Source: Candidatus Omnitrophota bacterium
GTDB taxonomy: Bacteria > Omnitrophota > Gorgyraeia > Duberdicusellales > 4484-171
Assembly: GCA_021735045.1 (NCBI GenBank)
Contig: JAIPHU010000005.1
Coordinates: 1 to 32,000 of the forward strand
Direction: 5' to 3'
Length of the DNA: 32,000 nt
Part shown: positions 1-8,187 of the stretch, piece after piece
Position numbering within the stretch: position 1 is the stretch's first letter
How the letters are laid out: each line of letters opens with the position of its first letter
The notes under the pieces: model-generated
Told to the model about the DNA's origin: nothing
The model's input: the letters and a program-made list of their open reading frames with translations, nothing else
Database searches by the model: none
Position numbers and translations under genes: made by a program

Positions 1-46
1 TATAAGTGTTTAGGCTATATCTTTTGTATAAACTTTTGATATCCAT
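1..46 (-). CDS. 5' end of an ORF that runs off the left edge (MDIKSLYKRYSLNTY...). It may be acetylornithine aminotransferase, given its position after argC-argJ-argB, but it is too short to call.
   Basis: ATG at 46..44 on the minus strand opens a frame that stays open to position 1 (15 codons). The L-Y-x-R-Y pattern resembles ArgD N-termini. Context is the only other support. Confidence 0.25.
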   Translation of the reverse strand, partial: MDIKSLYKRYSLNTY

Positions 47-68
47 TTTTTAATTTTTATGTCTTTTA

Positions 69-118
69 GGGCAGGCACATAGGCCTGCCCCTACATTGGG
101 CGAGGACAAGCCTCGCCC
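69..118. repeat. Two tandem GC-rich perfect 8-bp stem-loops directly after the argB stop codon. Each is followed by CCTAC-type flanks (unit ~25 nt, duplicated).
   Basis: GGGCAGGC(69-76)/GCCTGCCC(83-90) with a 6-nt loop. GGGCGAGG(98-105)/CCTCGCCC(111-118) with a 5-nt loop. Both are followed by CTAC. No U-tract follows on either strand. Confidence 0.7.
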
Positions 119-973
119 CTACTTGATTATTTCGGTAGATATACCTTGATCTGTAAAAATTTCAAGCAATAAAGCATGTGGAATCTTGGCATCAACAATA
201 TGAGCCTTTCTTACTCCGGAACTAACAGCAGAGGCTGCAGCTCTAATCTTAGGTATCATCCCTTTAGAAACTATTTCTTCTTTGATAAGATCTTCAATTT
301 GGGATAAATTGATTGTCGAAATTAAAGATTCCTCGTTTTTTGAATCTCTCATGACTCCTAATACGTCAGTCAATATAACTAACTTTTCTGCAGAAAGTTT
401 TGAAGCTAAAAAATAAGCAGCTTCATCAGCATTAATATTAAATGCTTCTCCTTTTTTTGAAACCCCCATGGGGCAAATTACCGGAATATTCTCTACCACA
501 GCTTTTTCTAAAGTAACTTTATCGAAATCAACTACTTCTCCTACATAACCTAAATCAACATCTGCCTTTTTCTTATTTACTTTCAATAATCTATCTTTTT
601 TTAAAAATTCTTTTGCTTTCACCGAATGTGACTCTATCTCTTTAGCTATTAGACTATTTAAGTGATTCAACTCGTGTTCTACTACCTTTAAAGTTTTTTT
701 ATCAGTAACTCTCATTCCTTGAAAAAAATCTGTTTCGATGCTACTGGCTTTTAATTTTTCAGTAATATTAGGCCCTCCACCATGAACGATTACCGGCCGA
801 ATCCCTGCAAATTTAAGAAAAGCTATATCTTCCAGCACAGATTTACGCACCCTCTCTTCGCCCAAAATAGAACCGCCATACTTTATAACAAAAATCTTTT
901 TATGAAATTTTTTGATATAAGGCAGAGCCTCGATTAAAATATCGGCTTTTTTTATTGCTTCTTCCATAACCAC
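119..973 (-). CDS. argB: Acetylglutamate kinase
   Basis: Amino-acid kinase family signature (LIEALPYIKKF..FVIKYGGS, VIVHGGGP) and position in the argC-argJ-argB order. The track start is a GTG at 973; the ATG two codons in (967) is an equally plausible start. Confidence 0.93.
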   Translation of the reverse strand: MVMEEAIKKADILIEALPYIKKFHKKIFVIKYGGSILGEERVRKSVLEDIAFLKFAGIRPVIVHGGGPNITEKLKASSIETDFFQGMRVTDKKTLKVVEHELNHLNSLIAKEIESHSVKAKEFLKKDRLLKVNKKKADVDLGYVGEVVDFDKVTLEKAVVENIPVICPMGVSKKGEAFNINADEAAYFLASKLSAEKLVILTDVLGVMRDSKNEESLISTINLSQIEDLIKEEIVSKGMIPKIRAAASAVSSGVRKAHIVDAKIPHALLLEIFTDQGISTEIIK

Positions 974-1000
974 AAACTACTAAGTCCTCTTTTAATAATG

Positions 1001-2104
1001 CTAGTTATATTTAGCGTTTATCTTAACATATTCTGGAGTCAGGTCACAAGTGTAGACTCTCCAGTTATATTTGCCTCTTTTCAAATTTATTGAAATTTTA
1101 ATTTCTTTTTTTGCAAATGAACTAAATCCTATATCTAAATCTTCTTCTTTTAATTTAATTTTGGCTTGGCCTAATACTGCAACAATTCTGCCAAGATTAG
1201 GATTGTTACCATAAAGTGCACATTTAAATAAGATATAACCAGAAATTTTTTCCGCTAATCTTTTTGCTTCCCTTTTACTCCTTGCCCCTTTTATGTTCAG
1301 TTCTACAAATTTTGTTGCTCCTTCAGCATCTTTGACCATCATCTTAGCAAGATCAATCATTACATTTTGAAGTTCAAGAAAAAATTTCTTTTGTTCTTTT
1401 TTAGTCAAAGGTATTTTTTTACTTGAAGCTAAAAACAACGAGTCATTAGTGCTCTCAGCTGCATCTATGTTTATTGAGTTAAAACTTTTTTCGACAGCCT
1501 GTTTTGCATTTTTTCTAAAAGCACCTAAATCAATACCAGCATCAGTTAAGATAAAAGCCAGCATGGTAGCTAAATTTGGCTTTATCATCCCCGAACCTTT
1601 AGCTATTCCTGTAATTGTAACCTTTTTTTTACCAAATTTTATAACTTTAGAGATAATCTTAGTGCAACTATCTGTAGTTAAAATACTTTTGGCAAACTTA
1701 ACCGGGCTGTCTTCTAGGTTTTCTATAAGCTTAGGAATATTCCTTATTACTTTTAATTTTGGCAGCTTTTTTGCAATAATTCCGGTTGAAGCAATTAAGA
1801 TCTTTTCTTTACCTGTATCCAATTTGCCGGCCAATTTACTTACTATCTCTTTTGTATCTTGATAGCCTTTATCATCTGAAAAACAATTAGCATTACCACT
1901 ATTTACTAAAATAGCAGAAATAGGATTTTTAATGTTTTCCCGAGACAAAGAAACTGAATAAGAAACATTTAAATTAGTTGTAAAAAAACCAATCACCCGA
2001 TAAGGTTGATTGAAGTAAATCATGCCTAAATCATAGCTCTTTTTTTTAATTCCACAATTTAGGCCACTAGTTAAAAAACCTTGGGGTAATTTATATTCTT
2101 TCAT
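1001..2104 (-). CDS. argJ: Bifunctional ornithine acetyltransferase / N-acetylglutamate synthase
   Basis: ArgJ family, with the autoproteolysis-site motif (PNLATMLAFILTDA) and arg operon context. Confidence 0.92.
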   Translation of the reverse strand: MKEYKLPQGFLTSGLNCGIKKKSYDLGMIYFNQPYRVIGFFTTNLNVSYSVSLSRENIKNPISAILVNSGNANCFSDDKGYQDTKEIVSKLAGKLDTGKEKILIASTGIIAKKLPKLKVIRNIPKLIENLEDSPVKFAKSILTTDSCTKIISKVIKFGKKKVTITGIAKGSGMIKPNLATMLAFILTDAGIDLGAFRKNAKQAVEKSFNSINIDAAESTNDSLFLASSKKIPLTKKEQKKFFLELQNVMIDLAKMMVKDAEGATKFVELNIKGARSKREAKRLAEKISGYILFKCALYGNNPNLGRIVAVLGQAKIKLKEEDLDIGFSSFAKKEIKISINLKRGKYNWRVYTCDLTPEYVKINAKYN

Positions 2105-2123
2105 TTTATTATATCTGTTTTAT

Positions 2124-3152
2124 TTACAGCAAAAGAAGCCCGGTGGTCTCTTCTAAACCAAACATTAAATTCATATTTTGAACTGCTTGGCCAGCTGCTC
2201 CTTTAACTAAATTATCAAGAGACGAAACTACTATTGCCTCATAACCTTTTTTATCTACCGCAAAACCTATGTCAGAAAAATTTGTTCCTGCTGCATCTTT
2301 CAACTTGGGTAGTTTATCGCTAATGCGGATAAAAGGAGAGTCTTGATAGTATTTATTATAAATTCTATTTAACTTTTCTTTATTAACTTTTTTCTTAAAA
2401 GAAAGATGAATAGTAGAATAGATACCGGATTCAAAACTAGCTACTTGGGGCAAAAAAGAAAAGCTTAAAGATTTAGTCAGTTTTTCTCCTAAAACTTCAG
2501 CCACTTCAGGCTGATGTTGATGGATAAAAGGTTTATAGGCCCAAAAATTATTGGCTACATTAGAATAATGATAATCAATGGTTGCCCTTCGGCCTGATCC
2601 GGTAATCGATGATTTAGAATCAATTACAATCTTACCTTTTACCAACTTCTCTGCCAATAGAGGATACAGAGCAATGATGATTGAAGTTGGGTAACATCCC
2701 GGATTTGCTATTAGTTGAGCTTTCTTTATCTTTTCTTTAAACAGCTCGGTTAAGCCATAAACAGATTTTTTTAAATTTTTTTTATCCTGATGCTCTTTTT
2801 TATAAAAAATTTTATAAGTTGAACTTTTTTTGAAACGGTAATCAGCTGAAAGGTCAATAACTTTTTTACCTTTGGCTAAAATCTTAGGCACAAACTTCAT
2901 TGAAACAGTATGAGGCAACGATAAAAACAAAAGATCACACGAGTCTATAGCCTTTTTAATCTTAAGTGGTTGGCATTTTAATGAAGTTTTTTTAAAAAAT
3001 TTAGGAAAAATGTCTGAATATAGAGTAGATTTTTTAACCCGAGAAGCAATATAGGTAAGTTTAACTTCCGGATGTGATAATAAAATCTCAACCAACTTCT
3101 CGCCAGTAAAACCCGTAGCTCCTAAAATTCCTACTTTAATCATACCAATCAT
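2124..3152 (-). CDS. argC: N-acetyl-gamma-glutamyl-phosphate reductase
   Basis: N-terminal Rossmann motif VGILGATGFTGEKLVEIL, active-site region ANPGCYPTS, and arg operon context. The start may be the second ATG at 3143 (see findings). Confidence 0.93.
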   Translation of the reverse strand: MIGMIKVGILGATGFTGEKLVEILLSHPEVKLTYIASRVKKSTLYSDIFPKFFKKTSLKCQPLKIKKAIDSCDLLFLSLPHTVSMKFVPKILAKGKKVIDLSADYRFKKSSTYKIFYKKEHQDKKNLKKSVYGLTELFKEKIKKAQLIANPGCYPTSIIIALYPLLAEKLVKGKIVIDSKSSITGSGRRATIDYHYSNVANNFWAYKPFIHQHQPEVAEVLGEKLTKSLSFSFLPQVASFESGIYSTIHLSFKKKVNKEKLNRIYNKYYQDSPFIRISDKLPKLKDAAGTNFSDIGFAVDKKGYEAIVVSSLDNLVKGAAGQAVQNMNLMFGLEETTGLLLL

Positions 3153-3179
3153 AATAAACGAAAAAGCTTATCCAGTCAA
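3151..3179 (-). promoter_or_regulatory. Candidate sigma70-type promoter for argCJB
   Basis: Minus strand: TTGACT (3179..3174), 17-nt spacer, TATTAT (3156..3151). The -10 overlaps the first ATG. Confidence 0.35.
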
Positions 3180-3259
3180 TAGAATTTAGGTTGAAACATC
3201 CAGTTAACTGCTAATTCTCTGGACAATAATCCTATTGCCATAGGAGGGGACGTTTCCCA

Positions 3260-3607
3260 TCAAGTGACTAGCTCTATTTTGTCGCCTAAACTAATATTAT
3301 TTTGCTTGGCCTTGCCAACCGGTAACTCAATAGTAACATAGGCACCTTTACAAAAGACAACCCGCCAAGGCGATAAAGAGTTAACTATTCTTTTTACTTT
3401 CATCTGACGATCTAGAAATATAATATCAATGGGAAAACGCATAAAAAAAGTATGGATTGAAGGGGCCTGATAAAAAATAAGAGCTTGATCTTCGGGCAGA
3501 TTATTTTTAAACATTAGCCCTAATAGACGCAAATAAAATCCAGAGGCAATTTTGGCAAAACAAGCTATCTCCACGTTTTTAGTTTTATTTACTATCTTAT
3601 AAAACAT
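3260..3607 (-). CDS. DUF192 (COG1430) domain protein
   Basis: Size (115 aa) and the motif FPIDIIFLD....V......P match the DUF192 family. Confidence 0.7.
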   Translation of the reverse strand: MFYKIVNKTKNVEIACFAKIASGFYLRLLGLMFKNNLPEDQALIFYQAPSIHTFFMRFPIDIIFLDRQMKVKRIVNSLSPWRVVFCKGAYVTIELPVGKAKQNNISLGDKIELVT

Positions 3608-3989
3608 TTTTTAATTTAGCTAATATATCTTCTGGAATAGTACAGGCTCTAAAGCTTTTATTTATGCAAGCTAATCTAGTTTCAGCCGAAACCAATAAAC
3701 TTTTTTCAACTTCGATAAAATGTAAAAACTGCAAAGATGCTGCCTTTATCTTAGTTAATTTAGTTTTTACTCTAACCACCTGGCCATAAAAAGCAGGCTT
3801 TTTGTAGCAAATATTGACATCTTTTACCACAAAAAGGATTCCCTGTTTTGATAACTCGAGCATATCTATATTTTTATCTGCAAAAAACTCTGTTCTAGCT
3901 TCTTCAAAATATTTAAGATAGTTAGCATAATATACCACCCCTCCACAATCTGTATCATGATAATATATCTTTTTTTTAATCAGATTCAT
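3597..3989 (-). CDS. Acyl-CoA thioesterase, 4HBT/YbgC-like hotdog fold
   Basis: N-terminal YYHDTDCGGVVYYANYLKYFEEARTEFF is the typical YbgC/4HBT signature. Length is 130 aa. Confidence 0.8.
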   Translation of the reverse strand: MNLIKKKIYYHDTDCGGVVYYANYLKYFEEARTEFFADKNIDMLELSKQGILFVVKDVNICYKKPAFYGQVVRVKTKLTKIKAASLQFLHFIEVEKSLLVSAETRLACINKSFRACTIPEDILAKLKNVL

Positions 3990-4013
3990 AAGATAAAATA
4001 TTAAATAAATAGG

Positions 4014-4199
4014 TTATAACTTAAAGAAAAAATCTATAAAAGGATCACCAAACTTTCGATCCATTTTTTTTAGCTGATATCCAATATACAGAGAAAAAAT
4101 ACCTAAGATAATCAATACTGCCGCCACAATTAAAGATAATAAAGGCGGATAAACCGCAATTAAAATACCTGCCAAAAGAAAAATAATTCCTAAAACCAC
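4014..4199 (-). CDS. Small two-helix membrane protein (resembles the DUF3096 type)
   Basis: 61 aa with two hydrophobic helices (GIIFLLAGILIAVYP / LIVAAVLIILGIFSLYIGY). The GTG start lies 2 nt after the upstream stop, suggesting translational coupling. Confidence 0.5.
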   Translation of the reverse strand: MVLGIIFLLAGILIAVYPPLLSLIVAAVLIILGIFSLYIGYQLKKMDRKFGDPFIDFFFKL

Positions 4200-4201
4200 A
4201 G

Positions 4202-4849
4202 CTACCTCCTGTTTTTTATAAATTGATTCATATAATCAGGCCTGTCTATCTTTATTGTCACCTTCTCTTTACTTATTGGATGCCTCAACTGAATAAAATA
4301 AGCACAAAGAGCTAATTTATTAAATTTTATCACAAAATCACGGCCAAAAGCATATTTTCTCTCTCCGAGGACCGGATGGCCGGCCTTGGCTAGATGAATC
4401 CTGATCTGATTAGTTCTTCCTGTTTTAGGAGAAAGTTCTAAAAAATCAAAACCTTTACATTTTTTTATAACTTTATAAAAAGTTTCACTACTTTTTGGTT
4501 TCTCCTTAAATTTTTTTCCAGCTGCATCCAGAATTAACCCTTTAAATATTCCCTTATTTTTTTTAAAATTTCCTTGGGTTAAAGCAAAATACTTTTTGAT
4601 GATTTTTCTCTTCCGGAATTGATCAGTAATATTTTTATAGGCCTTTTTAGATTTAGCATAAATCATTAAGCCTTGAGTGTCCTTATCTAGGCGGTGGCAA
4701 ATATATAAATTTTCCTTTAGTTGTTTTTTTAGCAAAGAAGTTAAAGTTTGTTTTTCTTTTTTGGGACTAGGCTGAACTACTATTCTGGCTATTTTATTTA
4801 TAACTAAAAAATACTGATCACTAAATATAATATCAAAACCGTTGCTCAT
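4202..4849 (-). CDS. RluA-family pseudouridine synthase (no S4 domain)
   Basis: Catalytic motif HRLDKDTQGLMIYAK and C-terminal GRTNQIRIHLA motif. Confidence 0.85.
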   Translation of the reverse strand: MSNGFDIIFSDQYFLVINKIARIVVQPSPKKEKQTLTSLLKKQLKENLYICHRLDKDTQGLMIYAKSKKAYKNITDQFRKRKIIKKYFALTQGNFKKNKGIFKGLILDAAGKKFKEKPKSSETFYKVIKKCKGFDFLELSPKTGRTNQIRIHLAKAGHPVLGERKYAFGRDFVIKFNKLALCAYFIQLRHPISKEKVTIKIDRPDYMNQFIKNRR

Positions 4850-4902
4850 AGCTATTTAAAAGAATTCAACCTGTAATTGAAATGATAAAAAAACTAGTTG
4901 TT

Positions 4903-5292
4903 TTATGTTTGATACCTTTGGAAAACTTCTTGAATTTTTGTTTTTAACTGGTCTATCTGGACTGGTTTTGTAATATAGAATTCATCATAAAGAGAAGCGG
5001 CTTTTATCTTTGTTGAGTTATCAGTTTTTGCACTTAGCATAATTACTGGAATAGATAACGTTTCTTTGGACTCCTTGATTTTTTTTAAAACTTCAATACC
5101 ATCAATTTGAGGCATCATTATATCTAAGATAATTAAATCCGGTTTATATTTTAATGCTGTTTTAAAAGCATCTTTGGCCCGGCTAACGGTAATCACATGA
5201 TATTGTTCTTCTATCTCAAGGTTAGCTTTTAGAAAATAAGTCAAATCTTCTTCGTCGTCAACCACTAATATTGTTTTTCTTTTATCCTCCAT
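4903..5292 (-). CDS. Stand-alone response-regulator receiver (CheY-like, no output domain)
   Basis: ILVVDDEED..., phospho-acceptor context DLIILDIMMP, conserved ...SAK... Preceded by SD GGGGGTG (5303..5297). Confidence 0.88.
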   Translation of the reverse strand: MEDKRKTILVVDDEEDLTYFLKANLEIEEQYHVITVSRAKDAFKTALKYKPDLIILDIMMPQIDGIEVLKKIKESKETLSIPVIMLSAKTDNSTKIKAASLYDEFYITKPVQIDQLKTKIQEVFQRYQT

Positions 5293-5330
5293 CTAACACC
5301 CCCGTTTATTTTTAAATTATTATTTTTATC

Positions 5331-7400
5331 CTAAAATGATTCAGCTTGATTATTAATCGGTAATATTATTTTTGCTGTAGTACCTTTGTTCAATTTACTT
5401 TCAATTCGCAGCTTACCTTCATTATTTTCAATTATCATTTTACACATTGCCAGGCCTAAACCGGTTCCTTTGGTGTCTCTTTTAGTTGTAAAAAAAGGTT
5501 CAAAAATTTTAGCTAAATTTTCTTCTGAAATTCCTTCTCCAGTATCAATTATGTTAATTATGTAGCTACTTTTATTTTTTATTCCCTTAGAACCGGAAAC
5601 TCTATGCATTTTAATCTTTAGCTTACCACCTTTAGGCATAGCTTCTATAGCATTGAGAAAAAGATTAAATAGTACTTGTTGAATTTGATTTTTGTCGCCT
5701 ACTATCCCTTCAGGACTTTCTTTAACATCATTAACTATTTTAATATTTACCAAGGAAACTTTATATTTAAGTAAGGATAAAGTCTCTTGAATTAGTTGTT
5801 TTAAATCAATATTTTCACTTTTTCTTGCTGAAGGTTTAGCAAAAGTAAGTAAATTTTGTACTATATTGTTAGCTCGCAAAGTAGAATCTTTTACTTTTTT
5901 TAGAGCAATTACTATATCTTTTTTAGGATCGCTTATTTTTCTTTCTAAAAATTCCACACCGCCTAAAACCACTCCTAAGGGATTTTTTACTTCATGAGCT
6001 ATACCAGAAGAAAACCTACCTAAAGCCGCAAGCTTTTCTGATTGGACTAAGCTACCTTGGGCCTTTTTTAATTTTGAATAGGCTTCTTTTAAAACTTTAT
6101 TCTCATAAACACGCTCTTCTTCTGTTCCTATAGCAGAAGCAATCATTCCCAGATTATCTTTAACTTTTTTGTCAGGGCAAAAATCCCGTTTATAAAAAGC
6201 ATAGACAACTCCTCTACTTTCTTCTTTGAATTTCACTGGCGAACCAATACAAGTAGAAAAATCATTACGGATAATATTCAAATTTGTTTTTATATATTTA
6301 GTTTCATTTAGTTTTCTTATAACTACAAACTGTTTTTGATTTTTTAAAATATCATATCCAATAGATCCTTCTGATTCTTGATCATCATAGTACTGAGGAG
6401 GATGATACCGAGCAAATGAACTTAAACTATCTGTTTTTTGATTGTACCTTTTATAAAACACACAAGAAGCCCTTGAGATCTCTCCATATAAATTGACTAA
6501 TCTCTTAATATTTTCTTGAGGATTACCAATAAGCCCGGAAAGGCATTTATTTATATCTGAAACCTGGCTAACTCCTTGTTTATATTTAATTCCTATAGCT
6601 ACCGCATTGGCTACAGCCATAAGGTATTCATCTGATTCTTTTTCCCTTTTAGTCCCGGCGGCCACAACAAGATCAACTACCCCCAATAAATCTTCTTGGT
6701 ATATCAATGGTATGCAATAGTGACTATGTTGTTTAAAGGAATCTGATTTTAAGGAGATTGGGCAATCTTTACGATTGCTTGAAAACTGTATAGATTTATC
6801 TTCGGCAGCTTTTCCACAAACGCACGTTTGGAATTTTATAGTTTGACATTCCTTTACCAAAGCCGCAGGTATACCATAAGAAGCCTGAAGCTCAAGTGAA
6901 TCGGGTTGGTCTCCTATGAAAAAAGCCATGGCCCCAACGCAGTCTATAAAATGCTTCTCAGAAATAATTAAATTGAAAACAAGTTTTATAAAAACTATTG
7001 TAGAAATATTATCAAACGACAACTTTAATATAGAATTAGTGGCTCGATAGATAAAATATTTGTCCTGAATATTTATATTTTTTTCAATATCCTTTTGGTT
7101 TTCTCTAATATAATCAAAATCCTGCCCGCTAGGCAAAGAATAGCTCTGATCACTATTTCTATTTTTTTCTGATTCTTTCTTTTGAATCTTTTTTTTAGTT
7201 TTAAACAGTAGATATAAGTTTCCAGCTAAAATAAAAAATACACCAATGAACCTAAATATCAGCTCTTGGAAGTTAAAAGGAAATATTGCATAAAGATAGC
7301 TGCCTTCACCGATAAAAAAAGAAAAAGCTGCTAGAATAAGCCAATACAATAAGATTAAAACAATAATTAAAAGCATATTATGATACCTGCCATTTGCCAA
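5331..7400 (-). CDS. Sensor histidine kinase: two N-terminal TM helices with almost no external loop, cytoplasmic GAF-like sensory region(s), then HisKA and HATPase_c
   Basis: H-box SSGIAHEVKNPL, N-box NLFLNAIEA, G-boxes DTGEGI and GTGLGL. The track start is a TTG at 7400; the ATG at 7376 (MLLIIVLIL...) is more likely. Confidence 0.88.
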   Translation of the reverse strand: MANGRYHNMLLIIVLILLYWLILAAFSFFIGEGSYLYAIFPFNFQELIFRFIGVFFILAGNLYLLFKTKKKIQKKESEKNRNSDQSYSLPSGQDFDYIRENQKDIEKNINIQDKYFIYRATNSILKLSFDNISTIVFIKLVFNLIISEKHFIDCVGAMAFFIGDQPDSLELQASYGIPAALVKECQTIKFQTCVCGKAAEDKSIQFSSNRKDCPISLKSDSFKQHSHYCIPLIYQEDLLGVVDLVVAAGTKREKESDEYLMAVANAVAIGIKYKQGVSQVSDINKCLSGLIGNPQENIKRLVNLYGEISRASCVFYKRYNQKTDSLSSFARYHPPQYYDDQESEGSIGYDILKNQKQFVVIRKLNETKYIKTNLNIIRNDFSTCIGSPVKFKEESRGVVYAFYKRDFCPDKKVKDNLGMIASAIGTEEERVYENKVLKEAYSKLKKAQGSLVQSEKLAALGRFSSGIAHEVKNPLGVVLGGVEFLERKISDPKKDIVIALKKVKDSTLRANNIVQNLLTFAKPSARKSENIDLKQLIQETLSLLKYKVSLVNIKIVNDVKESPEGIVGDKNQIQQVLFNLFLNAIEAMPKGGKLKIKMHRVSGSKGIKNKSSYIINIIDTGEGISEENLAKIFEPFFTTKRDTKGTGLGLAMCKMIIENNEGKLRIESKLNKGTTAKIILPINNQAESF

Positions 7401-7434
7401 TAATAGTTATTATACTATAGAATAACAAGAAAAA

Positions 7435-7453
7435 AAGGGTAAGGATTACCCTT
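7435..7453 (-). terminator. Terminator-like hairpin in the divergent HK/comF intergenic region
   Basis: AAGGGTAA-GGA-TTACCCTT forms an 8-bp stem. On the minus strand a T-run follows directly (complement of A7430-7436). On the plus strand ATTAGTTTTT follows. Confidence 0.3.
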
Positions 7454-7465
7454 ATTAGTTTTTCC

Positions 7466-7494
7466 TTGTATAACAACAGAAAAACAAATACAAT
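7466..7494 (+). promoter_or_regulatory. Candidate promoter for comF-lptF-lptG with leaderless geometry
   Basis: TTGTAT (7466..7471), 17-nt spacer, TACAAT (7489..7494), then exactly 6 nt before the ATG at 7501. No SD is present. Confidence 0.4.
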
Positions 7495-7500
7495 AATTTT

Positions 7501-8169
7501 ATGCTAAAAAAATGGCTAGTAACCACAAAAAACTTATTTTTTCCAGCGGTTTGTTTGGCCTGCGGCAAAAAAATAAAACAAGATTATCTTTGTAGCTCTT
7601 GCAAAAAAAAAATTAAAATCCTAAAAGCCCCAACTTGTTACACTCAGCTAAAAATAAATCACAATAACAATAAAGAAATATTAACAGTGCTTAGCAGTTG
7701 CCTCTATAAAGAGCCTCTTAAAAATTTAATACATTCTTTTAAATACAAGCGTAACCCCTATTTAGCCGAGTTTTTTTCTCGTTTTATGCTAAAACAACTT
7801 AAAGTCATTAAATTTAACCCTCAAAACTATGATTTTGTTGTACCGGTACCCTTGCATCGATATAAAATAAAAGCTAGAGGTTACAACCAAGCAGAGTTAT
7901 TGGCTAGGCCATTAGCAAAATATTTTCAATTGCCTTTAAAAGATGATATAATAATTTCAAAATATATTAAAAATTCTCAAACTAAGCTTTCCTCACGAAA
8001 GCGAAAAGAAAACGTCCAAGGAAAATTTATAGTAAGAAAAAATCTAAAAAATCAGAATATAATCTTGGTTGATGATGTGCTTACAACCGGAGCTACAATT
8101 TCAACCTGTTGGCAAGCTTTAAGCGAAAAAGGTGCAAACAAAATTTACTCAACTACTTTAGCAAAATAA
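7501..8169 (+). CDS. comF: ComF-family protein (phosphoribosyltransferase domain with an N-terminal Cys4 zinc-finger)
   Basis: CLACGKK...CSSCKKK zinc-finger, followed by the PRTase motif IILVDDVLTTGATI. Confidence 0.85.
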   Translation: MLKKWLVTTKNLFFPAVCLACGKKIKQDYLCSSCKKKIKILKAPTCYTQLKINHNNNKEILTVLSSCLYKEPLKNLIHSFKYKRNPYLAEFFSRFMLKQLKVIKFNPQNYDFVVPVPLHRYKIKARGYNQAELLARPLAKYFQLPLKDDIIISKYIKNSQTKLSSRKRKENVQGKFIVRKNLKNQNIILVDDVLTTGATISTCWQALSEKGANKIYSTTLAK

Positions 8170-8187
8170 TTATAAATACCGATTAAG

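Noticed and set aside
1449-1862. A 137-aa ORF on the plus strand, antisense to argJ.
   Set aside because: It lies entirely within the well-supported argJ coding sequence. It has a hydrophobic low-complexity composition typical of shadow frames and no start signals. The same reasoning applies to the other overlapping track ORFs: 8346..8564, 12892..13074, 20230..20475, 20953..21219, 24244..24435, 24659..24856, 26300..26482, 27169..27423, 27518..27748, 27774..28010, 28210..28398, 29634..29858 and 31365..31571.
3201-3210. A perfect 10-bp palindrome CAGTTAACTG upstream of the argC promoter, together with a search for ARG boxes (ArgR/AhrC operators).
   Set aside because: A 10-bp palindrome is expected many times by chance in 32 kb. 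It does not resemble the TGAAT-w4-ATTCA ARG box, and I could find no convincing ARG box in 3153..3259.
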